A stretch of 32,000 nt of DNA from Acinetobacter wanghuae (lineage in GTDB: Bacteria > Pseudomonadota > Gammaproteobacteria > Pseudomonadales > Moraxellaceae), in contig NZ_CP045650.1 in the NCBI RefSeq assembly GCF_009557235.1, forward strand, positions 270,001 to 302,000. Direction: 5' to 3'. A model generated the notes under the pieces. The model saw only the letters and a program-made list of their open reading frames with translations. It searched no databases and was not told where the DNA came from. Of this stretch, positions 8,892-20,415 are shown piece after piece (positions within the stretch are counted from its first letter, which is position 1; each line of letters begins with the position of its first letter). The translations under genes and the position numbers were made by a program.

Positions 8892-9398
8892 ATGGCTCTT
8901 CTTATCGAAGGCAAAAAACAGATCGTAGCTGAAGTAACTGAAGTTGCTTCTACTGCATTTGCTGCTGTTGTTGCTGACTACCAAGGTTTAACTGTAGAGC
9001 AATTAACTACTCTACGTGTTGAAGCTCGTAAACTAGGTGTTCACACACGTATCGTGCGTAACACTTTGGCGAAACGCGCTCTTCAAGATACTCAATTCAA
9101 TATCTTGAATGACAGCCTTGTTGGCCCAACAATCTTAGCTTTCTCAACTTCTGAAGACGACATGGGCGCTGCAGCTCGTTTGTTCGAAGAATTTGCTAAA
9201 ACTAATAAAGCATTTGAACTTAAAGCTGCTGCATTTGATGGCAAAGTGTATCAAGGTGCTGAAGTTAGCGTTATCGCGAACCTTCCGAACCAAGAGAAAG
9301 CACTTACTATGCTTGCAAATGTACTTCAAGCACCTATTTCGAAATTGGGTCGCTTGCTTACAGCGCTTCAAGAGAAAAACGGTTCAGAAGCTGCATAA
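8892..9398 (+). CDS. rplJ: 50S ribosomal protein L10
   Basis: Start at ATG 8892 with SD taggagg 7 nt upstream, giving 168 aa (MALLIEGKKQIVAEV...). The track's upstream extension from 8817 lies in the leader. Confidence 0.95.
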   Translation: MALLIEGKKQIVAEVTEVASTAFAAVVADYQGLTVEQLTTLRVEARKLGVHTRIVRNTLAKRALQDTQFNILNDSLVGPTILAFSTSEDDMGAAARLFEEFAKTNKAFELKAAAFDGKVYQGAEVSVIANLPNQEKALTMLANVLQAPISKLGRLLTALQEKNGSEAA

Positions 9399-9446
9399 GC
9401 TCAAACTTACACACACATCATTCAATACCCATTTGGAGTTACTCTC

Positions 9447-9812
9447 ATGGCTTTAACAAACGAAGAAATCCTAAACGCAGTTGCTGAAAAAACTGTTCTT
9501 GAACTTGTTGAACTTATCTCTGCTTTCGAAGAGAAATTCAACGTTTCTGCTGCTGCTGTAGCTGTTGCTGCTGGTCCTGCTGCTGCTGCTGCTGAAGAAC
9601 AATCTGAATTCAACGTTGAGTTGACTTCATTCGGCGCGAACAAAGTTGCTGTAATTAAAGCAGTTCGTGAAGTAACTGGTCTTGGCTTGAAAGAAGCTAA
9701 AGACATGGTTGAAGGTGCTCCAGCGATTCTTAAAGAAGGCGTTTCTAAAGAAGAAGCTGAAGAACTTAAAGCTAAACTTGAAACTACTGGTGCAACAATT
9801 ACTGTTAAGTAA
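9447..9812 (+). CDS. rplL: 50S ribosomal protein L7/L12
   Basis: 121 aa with an Ala-rich hinge ([17 protein letters not shown]) and a C-terminal domain [27 protein letters not shown]. Confidence 0.97.
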   Translation: MALTNEEILNAVAEKTVLELVELISAFEEKFNVSAAAVAVAAGPAAAAAEEQSEFNVELTSFGANKVAVIKAVREVTGLGLKEAKDMVEGAPAILKEGVSKEEAEELKAKLETTGATITVK

Positions 9813-9854
9813 TTTTGCCGGGAGTCGATTTGTTAAAAATTGACTCCAAAAATT

Positions 9855-9885
9855 GGCTGATGGCTCTTGGGTCATCAGCCTTTTT
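9855..9885 (+). terminator. Stem-loop plus T-run after rplL (probable partial attenuator before rpoB)
   Basis: Stem ggctgatg / catcagcc, 10-nt loop, then TTTTT. E. coli has a partial terminator at the same position. Confidence 0.65.
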
Positions 9886-10116
9886 GCGTTACAATTATCG
9901 GCTCGATTTTTGTTTGCTGATGGAAAAATCATCAAATTAAAAATAAACATAAAGATCAAACGCTTACCAATATTTTTCATTAAAAAATATTGTTAAGCGT
10001 TTTAATACCACTAAAAATTGCAGCATTTGTAAAAGTGGTGGCCATATCCGGCCAGCGTAATTCCTTCTGAGCCCGTTCTGCAGGCGGGCTTGGTTTACAC
10101 TTTCCGAGGACTCCAG

Positions 10117-13100
10117 ATGGCATACTCATATACCGAAAAGAAACGGATCCGTAAGAATTTTGGTAAATTGCCTAGCATTATGGATGCTCCGTACTTGCTC
10201 GCGATTCAAGTCGACTCGTACAGAACATTCTTGCAAGATGGCAAATCACCAAAAAACCGCGAAGATATCGGTCTCCAAGCCGCATTTCGTTCAGTTTTTC
10301 CTATAGAAAGTTATTCTGGCAATGCTGCTTTAGAATTTGTTGAGTATAGTCTTGGTAAGCCTGAGTTTGATGTTCGCGAATGTATTCTTCGTGGCTCAAC
10401 TTATGCAGCACCAATGCGTGTGAAGATTCGTTTGATCCTCAAAGATCGCGAAACGAAATCGATCAAAGATGTACGTGAACAAGAAGTCTATATGGGCGAA
10501 ATGCCATTAATGACAGACAACGGTACCTTCGTTATTAACGGTACTGAGCGTGTAATTGTGTCTCAATTACACCGTTCACCAGGCGTATTCTTCGATCACG
10601 ATAAAGGTAAAACTCACTCAAGTGGTAAAGTCCTTTATTCTGCTCGTATCATCCCTTACCGTGGTTCATGGTTAGATTTCGAATTCGATGCCAAAGACCT
10701 TGTCTATGTACGTATTGACCGTCGTCGTAAATTATTAGCGACTGTGGTACTTCGTGCGCTTGGTTTAAGCAACGAAAACATCTTGAACATGTTCTACGAG
10801 AAAGTACCTGTATATCTTGATATGGGTAGCTATCAAATTGACCTTGTACCAGAACGTCTGCGTGGCGAAATGGCACAATTTGACATCTTGGATAAAGATG
10901 GCAAAGCAATTGTTGAACAAGGTAAACGTATTAACGCGCGTCACGTACGTCAAATGGAAGCTTCTGGTTTAACCAAACTTCCTGTTCCTGATGAGTACTT
11001 GTACGAACGTATCACTGCTGAAGACATTCCATTAAAAGATGGTGATGTGATTGCTGCAAACACAGTATTGAGCCATGAGATCATGGTGAAGATTGCAGAA
11101 GGCGGTGTTAAACAATTTAACATTCTGTTCACGAATGATATCGACCGTGGTTCATTCATTGCAGATTCTCTACGTGCAGATACAACGACTAGTCGTGAAG
11201 AAGCACTTGTAGAAATCTACAAAGTAATGCGTCCGGGCGAGCCACCAACAAAAGAAGCTGCTGAAAACCTATTCAACAACTTGTTCTTCTCTACAGAACG
11301 TTATGACCTATCTCCAGTGGGTCGTATGAAGTTCAACCGTCGTTTGGGTCGTCCTTACGAAGTCGGTACAGATCAGAAGTCTCGTGAAGTTGAAGGTATT
11401 TTATCGAACGATGACATCACTGATGTATTAAAAACATTGGTTGAAATCCGTAACGGTAAAGGCGAAGTCGACGATATCGATCACTTGGGTAACCGTCGTG
11501 TTCGTTCTGTTGGTGAAATGACAGAAAACCAATTCCGTGTTGGTCTAGTTCGTGTAGAACGTGCTGTTAAAGAGCGTTTGTCACAAGCTGAAACTGATAA
11601 CTTGTCTCCGCAAGATTTAATCAATGCGAAGCCTGTTGCTGCTGCAATCAAAGAATTCTTTGGTTCAAGCCAGTTATCTCAGTTCATGGACCAAAATAAC
11701 CCGTTATCTGAAATCACGCATAAACGTCGTGTTTCGGCGCTTGGTCCCGGCGGTTTGACACGTGAACGTGCAGGCTTTGAGGTACGTGACGTACATCAAA
11801 CTCACTACGGTCGTGTATGTCCAATTGAGACGCCTGAGGGTCCAAACATTGGTTTGATCAACTCACTTTCTGTATATGCAAAAGCCAACAACTTCGGTTT
11901 CTTGGAAACACCATATCGTAAAGTTGTTGACGGCCGCGTAAGCATGGACGTTGAATATTTATCTGCAATTGAAGAAGTAGGTACTGTAATTGCACAGGCC
12001 GATTCTGCAATGGATAAAGATGGTAACTTAACAGAAGAATTCGTATCTGTTCGTCACCAAGGTGACTTCGTACGTATGCCTCCTGAAAAAGTAACGCATA
12101 TGGATGTATCTGCTCAGCAGGTTGTGTCTGTAGCTGCGTCACTAATTCCGTTCCTTGAACACGATGATGCCAACCGTGCATTGATGGGTTCAAACATGCA
12201 ACGTCAGGCTGTTCCTACGTTAATCGCTGATAAACCGCTTGTTGGTACAGGCATGGAAGCGAACGTAGCACATGACTCTGGTGTATGTGTGATCGCAAAA
12301 CGTGGTGGTCGTATTGAATATGTAGACGCATCTCGCGTTGTTATTCGTGTTGACGAAGCAGAAATGATCGCGGGTGAAGCAGGTGTAGATATCTATAACC
12401 TAATCAAATACACACGTTCGAACCAAAATACGTGTATCAACCAAAAAGTTCTTGTGAACATGGGTGATAAAGTAGGTCGTGGCGATGTATTGGCTGATGG
12501 TCCATCAACAGATGGCGGTGAGTTAGCCCTTGGTCAAAACATGCGCGTTGCGTTCATGACGTGGAATGGTTACAACTACGAAGACTCGATCTTGTTATCA
12601 GAACGCGTTCTTCAAGAAGATCGTTTAACTTCGATTCATATCCAAGAATTGTCATGTGTTGCACGTGATACGAAATTGGGTGCTGAAGAAATTACTGCCG
12701 ATATCCCGAACGTGGGTGAAGCTGCACTTTCTAAACTTGATGAATCAGGTATTGTTTACATCGGTGCTGAAGTAACAGCAGGTGACATCCTTGTAGGTAA
12801 AGTAACGCCTAAAGGTGAAACGCAGCTAACACCAGAAGAAAAATTGCTTCGCGCAATCTTCGGTGAAAAAGCGGCTGACGTGAAAGATTCATCTTTACGT
12901 GTATCTTCAGGTGTGAAAGGTACGGTTATTGACGTACAAGTGTTTACACGTGACGGTCTTGAAAAAGACGAACGTGCTCAAGCAATTGAGAAAGCACAAC
13001 TTGATGCTTACCGTAAAGATTTGAAAGAAGAATACAAAATCTTTGAAGAAGCAGCACGTGAACGTATTGTTCGCCTGTTGAAAGGTCAAGAATCGAACGG

Positions 13101-14205
13101 TGGTGGTACAACTAAACGCGGTGACAAACTTTCAGAAGATGTGTTGTCTGGTTTAGAGCTTGTTGACTTGTTGGATATCCAGCCTGTTGATGAAGCGATT
13201 GCTGAACGTTTAACTCAAATTCAAGTCTTCTTAAAAGAGAAAGGCATTGAAATTGATGAGAAATTTGCAGAGAAAAAACGCAAACTTTCTACAGGCGATG
13301 AGCTTACAACTGGCGTATTGAAAGTTGTTAAAGTTTACTTGGCTGTAAAACGTCGCATCCAACCGGGTGATAAAATGGCGGGTCGTCACGGTAACAAAGG
13401 TGTTGTATCAAACATCCTACCTGTAGAAGACATGCCACATGATGCTAACGGTGTACCTGTTGATATCGTATTGAACCCGCTAGGCGTACCATCGCGTATG
13501 AACGTGGGTCAGATTCTTGAAACTCACTTAGGTATGGCGGCGAAAGGTCTTGGCGATAAAATCGACAAGATGATGCAAGAGCAACGTACTGTTATTGAGC
13601 TTCGTGAATTCTTAGACAAGATTTATAACAAAGTTGGTGGCGAGCAAGAAGATCTTGATAGCTTAACTGATGATGAAATCTTGGCACTTTCTAAAAACTT
13701 GCGTAAAGGTGTTCCACTTGCTACGCCTGTGTTTGATGGTGCAGAAGAATCACAAATTAAAGAATTGCTTGAACTTGGTGGCATTTCACGTACGGGTCAA
13801 ACAGTATTGTTTGATGGCCGTACGGGTGAACGTTTCGACCGTCCTGTAACTGTAGGTTACATGTACATGTTGAAACTGAACCACTTGGTTGATGACAAAA
13901 TGCATGCTCGTTCGACTGGTTCTTACTCTCTAGTAACGCAACAGCCATTGGGCGGTAAAGCTCAATTCGGTGGTCAGCGTTTCGGTGAGATGGAAGTCTG
14001 GGCACTTGAAGCTTACGGTGCAGCATATACTCTTCAAGAAATGCTTACTGTTAAGTCGGATGACGTTGAAGGTCGTACTCGTATCTACAAAAACATTGTA
14101 GATGGAAACCATTATATGGATCCGGGTATGCCTGAATCGTTCAACGTATTGACCAAAGAGATCCGTTCTTTAGGTATCAACATTGAACTGAAAAATGGTG
14201 ACTAA
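10117..14205 (+). CDS. rpoB: DNA-directed RNA polymerase subunit beta
   Basis: Start at ATG 10117 ([17 protein letters not shown]), giving 1362 aa. Conserved along the whole length. The track start at 10090 adds 9 non-conserved residues. Confidence 0.98.
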   Translation: MAYSYTEKKRIRKNFGKLPSIMDAPYLLAIQVDSYRTFLQDGKSPKNREDIGLQAAFRSVFPIESYSGNAALEFVEYSLGKPEFDVRECILRGSTYAAPMRVKIRLILKDRETKSIKDVREQEVYMGEMPLMTDNGTFVINGTERVIVSQLHRSPGVFFDHDKGKTHSSGKVLYSARIIPYRGSWLDFEFDAKDLVYVRIDRRRKLLATVVLRALGLSNENILNMFYEKVPVYLDMGSYQIDLVPERLRGEMAQFDILDKDGKAIVEQGKRINARHVRQMEASGLTKLPVPDEYLYERITAEDIPLKDGDVIAANTVLSHEIMVKIAEGGVKQFNILFTNDIDRGSFIADSLRADTTTSREEALVEIYKVMRPGEPPTKEAAENLFNNLFFSTERYDLSPVGRMKFNRRLGRPYEVGTDQKSREVEGILSNDDITDVLKTLVEIRNGKGEVDDIDHLGNRRVRSVGEMTENQFRVGLVRVERAVKERLSQAETDNLSPQDLINAKPVAAAIKEFFGSSQLSQFMDQNNPLSEITHKRRVSALGPGGLTRERAGFEVRDVHQTHYGRVCPIETPEGPNIGLINSLSVYAKANNFGFLETPYRKVVDGRVSMDVEYLSAIEEVGTVIAQADSAMDKDGNLTEEFVSVRHQGDFVRMPPEKVTHMDVSAQQVVSVAASLIPFLEHDDANRALMGSNMQRQAVPTLIADKPLVGTGMEANVAHDSGVCVIAKRGGRIEYVDASRVVIRVDEAEMIAGEAGVDIYNLIKYTRSNQNTCINQKVLVNMGDKVGRGDVLADGPSTDGGELALGQNMRVAFMTWNGYNYEDSILLSERVLQEDRLTSIHIQELSCVARDTKLGAEEITADIPNVGEAALSKLDESGIVYIGAEVTAGDILVGKVTPKGETQLTPEEKLLRAIFGEKAADVKDSSLRVSSGVKGTVIDVQVFTRDGLEKDERAQAIEKAQLDAYRKDLKEEYKIFEEAARERIVRLLKGQESNGGGTTKRGDKLSEDVLSGLELVDLLDIQPVDEAIAERLTQIQVFLKEKGIEIDEKFAEKKRKLSTGDELTTGVLKVVKVYLAVKRRIQPGDKMAGRHGNKGVVSNILPVEDMPHDANGVPVDIVLNPLGVPSRMNVGQILETHLGMAAKGLGDKIDKMMQEQRTVIELREFLDKIYNKVGGEQEDLDSLTDDEILALSKNLRKGVPLATPVFDGAEESQIKELLELGGISRTGQTVLFDGRTGERFDRPVTVGYMYMLKLNHLVDDKMHARSTGSYSLVTQQPLGGKAQFGGQRFGEMEVWALEAYGAAYTLQEMLTVKSDDVEGRTRIYKNIVDGNHYMDPGMPESFNVLTKEIRSLGINIELKNGD

Positions 14206-14217
14206 GAATCTCCATTA

Positions 14218-14284
14218 AATCTCCCCAAACCCCTCTTTGTAAAAGAGGGGCTTCCCCCTTAACAAAGGGGGACTGAGGGGGATT
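14218..14284 (+). other. G/C-rich compound hairpin element (three-way-junction-like) in the rpoB-rpoC spacer
   Basis: Outer stem aatc(t)cccc 14218-14226 pairs with gggggatt 14277-14284. It encloses hairpin 1, cccctcttt-gta-aaagagggg (14230-14250), and hairpin 2, ccccctt-aaca-aaggggg (14254-14271). Confidence 0.55.
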
Positions 14285-14356
14285 AGATTCAGTTAAAAAA
14301 CAATATTTGTGACCCAGTTGTTGAGTGAAAATCTCCACAACACACGGAGAAAAAAA

Positions 14357-17300
14357 TTGAAAGACTTGCTCGATATCATGCGCAAAAAGACGGATTCAGA
14401 CGGTCATGCTCCTGTAGAGTTTGATCGCATCCGTATTGGTCTTGCGTCACCAGAAATGATTAAGTCATGGTCTCATGGTGAAGTTAAAAAACCTGAGACA
14501 ATTAACTATCGTACGTTCAAGCCTGAACGTGATGGTTTATTCTGTGCCAAAATCTTTGGTCCAGTAAAAGATTACGAATGCTTGTGTGGTAAATACAAGC
14601 GTATGAAATACAAAGGCGTCATTTGTGAAAAATGTGGCGTTGAAGTAACAACTGCGAAAGTACGTCGTGAGCGTATGGGTCATATTGACCTTGCTTCACC
14701 TGTTGCGCACATTTGGTTCTTGAAATCACTTCCTAGCCGTATCGGTCTATTATTAGACATGACGCTACGTGATATCGAACGTGTATTGTATTTCGAATCT
14801 TACGTTGTAACCGATCCTGGTATGACTCCATTTGAGAAATACCAACTTCTTAACGATGAAGAATACTTCAATGCGTTAGAAGAACACGGTGATGAATTCA
14901 GCGCGAAAATGGGTGCAGAAGCGATTCAAGATTTGTTGAAAGACATCGATCTTGAAGCTGAAATTGCACGTCTTCGTGAAGAAATTCCTGTAACAACTTC
15001 AGAAACGAAGCTTAAAAAAGCGTCGAAACGTTTGAAGTTGATGGAAGCATTCAACGATTCGAACAACAAGCCAGAATGGATGGTGTTGACTGTACTTCCA
15101 GTACTTCCACCAGATCTTCGTCCGCTTGTACCACTAGAAGGTGGTCGTTTCGCGACTTCAGATTTGAACGACCTTTACCGTCGTGTGATCAACCGTAACA
15201 ACCGTTTAAAACGTCTTCTTGACCTTGCAGCGCCAGACATTATCGTACGTAATGAAAAACGTATGCTTCAAGAGTCTGTAGATGCATTGTTAGACAACGG
15301 TCGTCGTGGTCGCGCAATTACAGGTTCGAACAAACGTCCGCTTAAATCTTTGGCAGATATGATCAAAGGTAAACAAGGTCGTTTCCGTCAAAACTTGTTG
15401 GGTAAACGTGTCGATTATTCTGGTCGTTCAGTAATTACTGTAGGTCCTACTTTACGTTTACACCAATGTGGTCTTCCGAAGAAAATGGCACTTGAACTAT
15501 TCAAGCCGTTCATCTTTGCGAAACTACAAGCATCTGGTCAAGCAACCACCATTAAAGCTGCGAAGAAAATGGTTGAGCGCGAGACTCCAGAAGTTTGGGA
15601 CGTTCTAGCATCTGTGATTCGTCAACATCCAGTGATGTTGAACCGTGCGCCAACACTTCACCGTTTGGGTCTTCAAGCATTTGAACCGACTCTAATTGAA
15701 GGTAAAGCGATCCGTCTACACCCACTCGTATGTGCTGCGTTCAACGCCGACTTCGACGGTGACCAAATGGCGGTACACGTACCATTAACACTTGAAGCTC
15801 AGTTAGAAGCTCGTGCGTTAATGATGTCGACCAACAACATCTTGTCTCCAGCGAACGGTGAGCCAATCATCGTACCGTCTCAGGACGTTGTGTTGGGCTT
15901 GTATTACATCACTCGTGATGCGATCAATGCCAAAGGTGAAGGCATGGTGTTCGCGGATACTGATGAAGTAAACCGTGCACTTGCAACAGGTCAAGTTGAT
16001 TTACACGCTCGCGTTAAAGCACGTGTACACCAAACTGTGATTGATGAAAACGGAAACCGTGAACAACAAACGATTATTGTTGATACGACTCCGGGTCGTT
16101 GTTTGCTTTGGGAAGTTGTGCCAGAAGGTATGGATTTCCAACAAATCAACGTTGAGATGACTAAAAAGAACATCTCTAAAATCATCAACTCTTGCTACCG
16201 TAAATTAGGTCTAAAAGATACTGTTATCTTCGCTGACCAATTGATGTACTTAGGTTTCCGTCAAGCGACACGTTCAGGCGTATCGGTTGGTATGGAAGAC
16301 ATGCTTATTCCACCGCAAAAACAAGCGATTATTGGTAAAGCAGAAGCTGAAGTACGTGAAATTGAACAACAGTTCGAACAAGGTTTCGTAACTGCTGGCG
16401 AACGTTATAACAAAGTTGTCGATATTTGGGCGCGTACAAACGACCAAGTAGCGAAAGCAATGATGGACAACTTGTCTTACACCACTGTTAAAAACAAACA
16501 GGGCGAAGACGAGAAACAAAAATCATTCAACTCAATCTATATGATGTCTGACTCGGGTGCCCGTGGTTCGGCAGCTCAGATTCGTCAGCTTGCAGGTATG
16601 CGTGGTTTGATGGCGAAACCAGATGGTTCGATCATTGAAACGCCGATTAAAGCGAACTTCCGTGAAGGTTTGACAGTACTTCAGTACTTCATCTCGACAC
16701 ACGGTGCGCGTAAAGGTTTGGCCGATACCGCATTGAAAACTGCGAACTCTGGTTACTTGACTCGTCGTCTTGTAGACGTTGCGCAAGATTTGGTTATTAC
16801 TGAACCAGATTGCGGTACGTTTGACGGTCTAGTGATGACGCCGTTCATTCAAGGTGGCGATGTAATCGAAAACCTTGGTGCACGAGTTCTTGGTCGTGTT
16901 GTTGCTGAAGACGTTAAGAAAGTGGGTACGGACGAAGTTCTTCTTCCACGTAACACGCTTATTGACGAGAAACTTGCTACATTTATTGAAAATGCCGGTA
17001 TTGACGAAATTAAAGTACGTTCAGTTGTAAACTGTGCGTCTACATTCGGCGTATGTGCGAAGTGTTATGGTCGTGACCTTGCACGTGGTCACCAAGTGAA
17101 CCCAGGTGAATCTGTTGGTGTCATGGCTGCTCAATCAATTGGTGAGCCAGGTACTCAGTTAACCATGCGTACGTTCCACGTTGGTGGTGCTGCGAGCCGA
17201 ACTTCTGCTGCAAACAGCATCCAAGTTCGTAACAAAGGTACTGTACGTTTCCACAATGTGAAAACTGTACAACACGCCAAAGGTCACTTGGTATCGACTT

Positions 17301-18556
17301 CTCGTTCAGGCGAGATCGGTATTGCGGATGATTTAGGTCGCGAACGCGAACGCTACAAAATCCCGTACGGTGCGTCTATCTTGTTAAAAGATGGCGAAGA
17401 AGTTGCAGCAGGCGGTATTGTGGCAACTTGGGATCCGCATACACATCCATTGGTAACAGAAGTTGCTGGTAAAGTACGCTTCAGCCAAATTGCTGATGGC
17501 GTGACTGTGACTTCGAAAACTGATGATGCAACAGGTATGACTACAATCGAAATCTTACCAGTGACTTCACGTCCTGCGTCAGGTAAAGATTTACGTCCTG
17601 CTGTTGTACTTGATACCGTTGATGGTGGTGAACAGTTCTACTTCTTGCCACAAAACACAATTCTTTCTGTCCGTAATGGCGAAACAATTGGTGTCGGTGA
17701 TGTTATCGGTCGTGTACCACAAGAATCTTCACGTACACGTGATATTACCGGTGGTCTTCCACGCGTAGCGGATTTATTCGAAGCACGTAAACCGAAAGAG
17801 CATGCAATTCTTGCTGAAATTTCAGGTGTTGTAAGCTTCGGTAAAGAAACTAAAGGTAAGAACCGTCTTGTGATTACTCCGGATGATGGTTCTGAGATTT
17901 ACGAAGAGCTTATTCCGAAATGGCGTACCATTAACGTGTTCGAAGGCGAGCATGTGAACCGTGGTGAAACTATTTCTGATGGTCCACAGAACCCACACGA
18001 TATTTTACGTTTGAAAGGCGAAGTTGCGCTTACAAACTACATCGTGAACGAAGTTCAGGACGTTTACCGTCTGCAAGGTGTAAAAATCAACGACAAGCAT
18101 ATTGAAGTGATCGTACGTCAAATGCTTCGTAAAGTTGATATCACTGACGGTGGTGATACAAGCTTCATCAAAGGCGAACAAGTGGATTACATCCGTGTTG
18201 TTCAAGAAAACCAAGCAGTGGCAGCGCAAAACAAATTCCCTGCGAAGTTTGAACGTCTATTGATGGGTATCACGAAAGCATCGCTTTCTACTGACTCGTT
18301 CATCTCTGCTGCATCGTTCCAGGAAACAACGCGTGTGTTAACTGAAGCGGCTGTAACAGGTAAAGAAGATGATTTACGCGGTCTGAAAGAGAACGTTGTT
18401 GTGGGTCGCTTGATTCCAGCGGGTACAGGTTTGGCATATCACTTAGAGCGTCGTCGTCAAGAAGCAGAAGCTGCAGAGCTTGAGCTTCACAATGACTTCT
18501 CTGATGTTGACCAAGCATTGAGCCAAGCGTTCAGCGATGAGTTTAACGGTCTTTAA
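14357..18556 (+). CDS. rpoC: DNA-directed RNA polymerase subunit beta'
   Basis: I place the start at TTG 14357 ([11 protein letters not shown]..., matching the conserved MKDLL N-terminus). SD ggaga lies 6 nt upstream. This gives 1399 aa. The track's GTG 14309 adds 16 non-conserved residues. Confidence 0.97.
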   Translation: MKDLLDIMRKKTDSDGHAPVEFDRIRIGLASPEMIKSWSHGEVKKPETINYRTFKPERDGLFCAKIFGPVKDYECLCGKYKRMKYKGVICEKCGVEVTTAKVRRERMGHIDLASPVAHIWFLKSLPSRIGLLLDMTLRDIERVLYFESYVVTDPGMTPFEKYQLLNDEEYFNALEEHGDEFSAKMGAEAIQDLLKDIDLEAEIARLREEIPVTTSETKLKKASKRLKLMEAFNDSNNKPEWMVLTVLPVLPPDLRPLVPLEGGRFATSDLNDLYRRVINRNNRLKRLLDLAAPDIIVRNEKRMLQESVDALLDNGRRGRAITGSNKRPLKSLADMIKGKQGRFRQNLLGKRVDYSGRSVITVGPTLRLHQCGLPKKMALELFKPFIFAKLQASGQATTIKAAKKMVERETPEVWDVLASVIRQHPVMLNRAPTLHRLGLQAFEPTLIEGKAIRLHPLVCAAFNADFDGDQMAVHVPLTLEAQLEARALMMSTNNILSPANGEPIIVPSQDVVLGLYYITRDAINAKGEGMVFADTDEVNRALATGQVDLHARVKARVHQTVIDENGNREQQTIIVDTTPGRCLLWEVVPEGMDFQQINVEMTKKNISKIINSCYRKLGLKDTVIFADQLMYLGFRQATRSGVSVGMEDMLIPPQKQAIIGKAEAEVREIEQQFEQGFVTAGERYNKVVDIWARTNDQVAKAMMDNLSYTTVKNKQGEDEKQKSFNSIYMMSDSGARGSAAQIRQLAGMRGLMAKPDGSIIETPIKANFREGLTVLQYFISTHGARKGLADTALKTANSGYLTRRLVDVAQDLVITEPDCGTFDGLVMTPFIQGGDVIENLGARVLGRVVAEDVKKVGTDEVLLPRNTLIDEKLATFIENAGIDEIKVRSVVNCASTFGVCAKCYGRDLARGHQVNPGESVGVMAAQSIGEPGTQLTMRTFHVGGAASRTSAANSIQVRNKGTVRFHNVKTVQHAKGHLVSTSRSGEIGIADDLGRERERYKIPYGASILLKDGEEVAAGGIVATWDPHTHPLVTEVAGKVRFSQIADGVTVTSKTDDATGMTTIEILPVTSRPASGKDLRPAVVLDTVDGGEQFYFLPQNTILSVRNGETIGVGDVIGRVPQESSRTRDITGGLPRVADLFEARKPKEHAILAEISGVVSFGKETKGKNRLVITPDDGSEIYEELIPKWRTINVFEGEHVNRGETISDGPQNPHDILRLKGEVALTNYIVNEVQDVYRLQGVKINDKHIEVIVRQMLRKVDITDGGDTSFIKGEQVDYIRVVQENQAVAAQNKFPAKFERLLMGITKASLSTDSFISAASFQETTRVLTEAAVTGKEDDLRGLKENVVVGRLIPAGTGLAYHLERRRQEAEAAELELHNDFSDVDQALSQAFSDEFNGL

Positions 18557-18581
18557 TTAGTCCTTTAAACCAGTCTAAAAA

Positions 18582-18606
18582 AGCCACCTTCGGGTGGCTT
18601 TTTTTA
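18582..18606 (+). terminator. Rho-independent terminator after rpoC
   Basis: Stem agccacc / ggtggct, loop ttcg, followed by a run of eight T. Confidence 0.85.
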
Positions 18607-18709
18607 TAGCTCAATATTTAATGTTATAAAAAGTGCTAGGTAAAATGATTTATTTTTCATATATTAAAAACATAACAAAATTTCTATAAGCGCAATCTGT
18701 GGGGTCATC

Positions 18710-19252
18710 ATGTCATTCAAATTACAAGTTTTAGCATTTTCACTTTTCGGTTCAATCTCTTTAAGTGCTATTGCAGCACCAATGCCTAATACCATTGTAG
18801 TCGATGATAAAGCCGTTGTACCTGTACTGAAAACTGAAGTGATCCGTCGCGTTGAGGGTCAAAAACCCATTCGACATGTCGAAGCGACCATTTTAGAAAT
18901 GACCAATAAAGGCAAAGATATTGTTGCTAAAGAAGTCGTGTTTGAAGATCATCTCGATCAATTTTCTGAAAAGAAACTCGCTATTCCTGTATTACAAAAA
19001 GGCGGGGTGATTGTGCCGACTTCAAAAATTGAAATCAATAAAACCTTAAAACAAGAAGGTCAACTACTGCAAAGTAGTAAAACGATTGATGCAGAAGGTA
19101 TAGAAGTTAAAAAAGATCAAACGGTGGTAAAACGCACATTATTATTGCAAGAACATGAACAAAGCAATAAAGAAAAAGTGACTCATACCTTAATGACTGA
19201 AGATGGTGCCACAACCAAAGATATCATTGAGATTCAATCACCTCAACAATGA
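18710..19252 (+). CDS. Secreted protein of unknown function
   Basis: 180 aa. N-terminal signal peptide MSFKLQVLAFSLFGSISLSAIAAP. Lys/Glu/Val-rich with no motif I recognise. Confidence 0.6.
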   Translation: MSFKLQVLAFSLFGSISLSAIAAPMPNTIVVDDKAVVPVLKTEVIRRVEGQKPIRHVEATILEMTNKGKDIVAKEVVFEDHLDQFSEKKLAIPVLQKGGVIVPTSKIEINKTLKQEGQLLQSSKTIDAEGIEVKKDQTVVKRTLLLQEHEQSNKEKVTHTLMTEDGATTKDIIEIQSPQQ

Positions 19253-19380
19253 TAAATGTTGAAATAGATATCATTTTTACAAAATTCATCATCAATACGC
19301 CAAGAAGTAACACGTTATCAATAATATTTTCATGGATATGCTTTAAGCTAAAATCAAAGTCAATATTAGGGACAACAATC

Positions 19381-19740
19381 ATGAAAAAATTAATGGGTAT
19401 GGCAGCAGTGGTTACACTTTCAACCATGGGTATGGTCGGTTGTGAAAGTATGTCATCGAGCCAACAACGTATCGGTGCAGCTGCACTTGGTGGTGCTGTC
19501 GGTGGTGGTGTGGGTAACAGTGTCGGTGGTGGTGTAGGTTCAGCTGTTGGCGGCGGTGCAGGTGCTGCAGTCGGTAGTAAAGCACAAGGCGGTTCAAACC
19601 GTAGTGCGACTTATAGCGGTGTTGGTGGTGCGATTGGTTCAGCAGTCGGTAAAAGCGTATTCGGTGGTAATGCCGGTGCAGCCATTGGTGGTGCGATCGG
19701 TGGCGGTGCGGGTGCTGCTGTTGAGCAAAATCGTCGCTAA
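19381..19740 (+). CDS. Glycine-zipper outer-membrane lipoprotein (Pcp/SlyB-like)
   Basis: Start at ATG 19381 with SD aggga upstream. Lipoprotein signal MKKLMGMAAVVTLSTMGMVGC. Repeated GGxVGxxVGGG glycine-zipper units follow. The track's upstream extension from 19249 has no support. Confidence 0.75.
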   Translation: MKKLMGMAAVVTLSTMGMVGCESMSSSQQRIGAAALGGAVGGGVGNSVGGGVGSAVGGGAGAAVGSKAQGGSNRSATYSGVGGAIGSAVGKSVFGGNAGAAIGGAIGGGAGAAVEQNRR

Positions 19741-19760
19741 GTCTAGAACAGTTTAAATGA

Positions 19761-19791
19761 AAATAAAGCGCCATATGGGCGCTTTATTTTT
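19761..19791. terminator. Bidirectional terminator between convergent genes
   Basis: Stem aaagcgcc / ggcgcttt with a 5-nt loop, flanked by A-rich sequence on the left and T-rich sequence on the right. Confidence 0.7.
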
Positions 19792-19795
19792 GCGT

Positions 19796-20332
19796 TTATT
19801 TCTCTAAAGCGAACTTTTTAATGAGACCTTGTGCATGCTTGCGTCGGATATACACTGTTTTCTGTACTTCAGCAATTCGAGCGCCTGAATCATCATAAAT
19901 ATTCAGTGAATAATTTCGGTAAACTGGGGCATGGTTGGCTGCCAGAGAAATAATTGTATTCACTTCATCTGCATCGATGCGAACATCGGCATACACAGTT
20001 CCACGACCTGGGGCAAGAAATTGAATGGTCGCAGCACGGTCCCACACAATGTACTTTGGCCCTAAATGATGCATGAGCAGTAGCATATAAAATGGGTCAA
20101 CCATCGAATACAAACTACCGCCAAAATGCACACCGACAATATTTTGGTTCTTACGAGTTAAGGGCATTTTGACACGAATGTGATAACCGGATAGATTCAT
20201 TTCATCAATTTCAATGCCCGCACCACGATAAGGCGCATAGCGATTCAGCATGAATTTTGAAACGAAGGGAAGGCTTTGAATTTTACGTAATAGGCTCATA
20301 CTGACATTCTTTTTTCTTGTATTGCTATGCAT
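19796..20332 (-). CDS. Hot-dog-fold, DUF4442/YiiD C-terminal-like protein (putative thioesterase)
   Basis: 178 aa. GAGIEIDEM...HIRVKMPL...N..GVHFGGSLYSMVDPFYMLLL resembles the PaaI/DUF4442 pattern, from memory. The start is uncertain; the alternative is ATG at 20299. Confidence 0.5.
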   Translation of the reverse strand: MHSNTRKKNVSMSLLRKIQSLPFVSKFMLNRYAPYRGAGIEIDEMNLSGYHIRVKMPLTRKNQNIVGVHFGGSLYSMVDPFYMLLLMHHLGPKYIVWDRAATIQFLAPGRGTVYADVRIDADEVNTIISLAANHAPVYRNYSLNIYDDSGARIAEVQKTVYIRRKHAQGLIKKFALEK

Positions 20333-20415
20333 ACTAGAGCAACAAGATGACTATGGCATTGATCAATCCTGCCGAATTGCAAAATAAACCGTCAATAACA
20401 ACAAAGGAACTCAAC

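Noticed and set aside
9193-9980. Alternative-frame and antisense ORFs over rplJ/rplL and the rplL-rpoB spacer (9193..9456 +, 9422..9706 -, 9627..9980 -)
   Set aside because: They overlap highly conserved ribosomal protein genes. Their compositions (Ala-rich antisense of the L7/L12 hinge, Phe/Lys-rich AT-run translation) are artefacts.
11662-11757. Checked the rifampicin-resistance determining region of rpoB
   Set aside because: It reads [32 protein letters not shown], with wild-type residues at the classical D516/H526/S531-equivalent positions. Nothing to report.
14309-14356. N-terminal extensions suggested by the ORF track for rpoC (14309), rpoB (10090), rplJ (8817), gph (1999), the lipoprotein (19249) and the hydrolase (20347)
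   Set aside because: The conserved protein N-termini and SD sequences support the downstream starts. The extensions lie in leaders, terminators or spacers.
19480-19720. Short tandem-like DNA repeats (ggtggtg..gtcggt units) that might look like a repeat array
   Set aside because: They are irregular in length and lie entirely within the Gly-rich coding frame. They have no spacer/repeat periodicity, so this is not a CRISPR array or VNTR.
19412-19774. His/Arg-rich 120-aa minus-strand ORF and a 69-aa plus-strand ORF overlapping the lipoprotein gene
   Set aside because: They are frame or mirror images of the repetitive GGT/GGC-rich glycine-zipper coding sequence. They have no start context, and the lipoprotein frame has a signal peptide, a lipobox and an SD.
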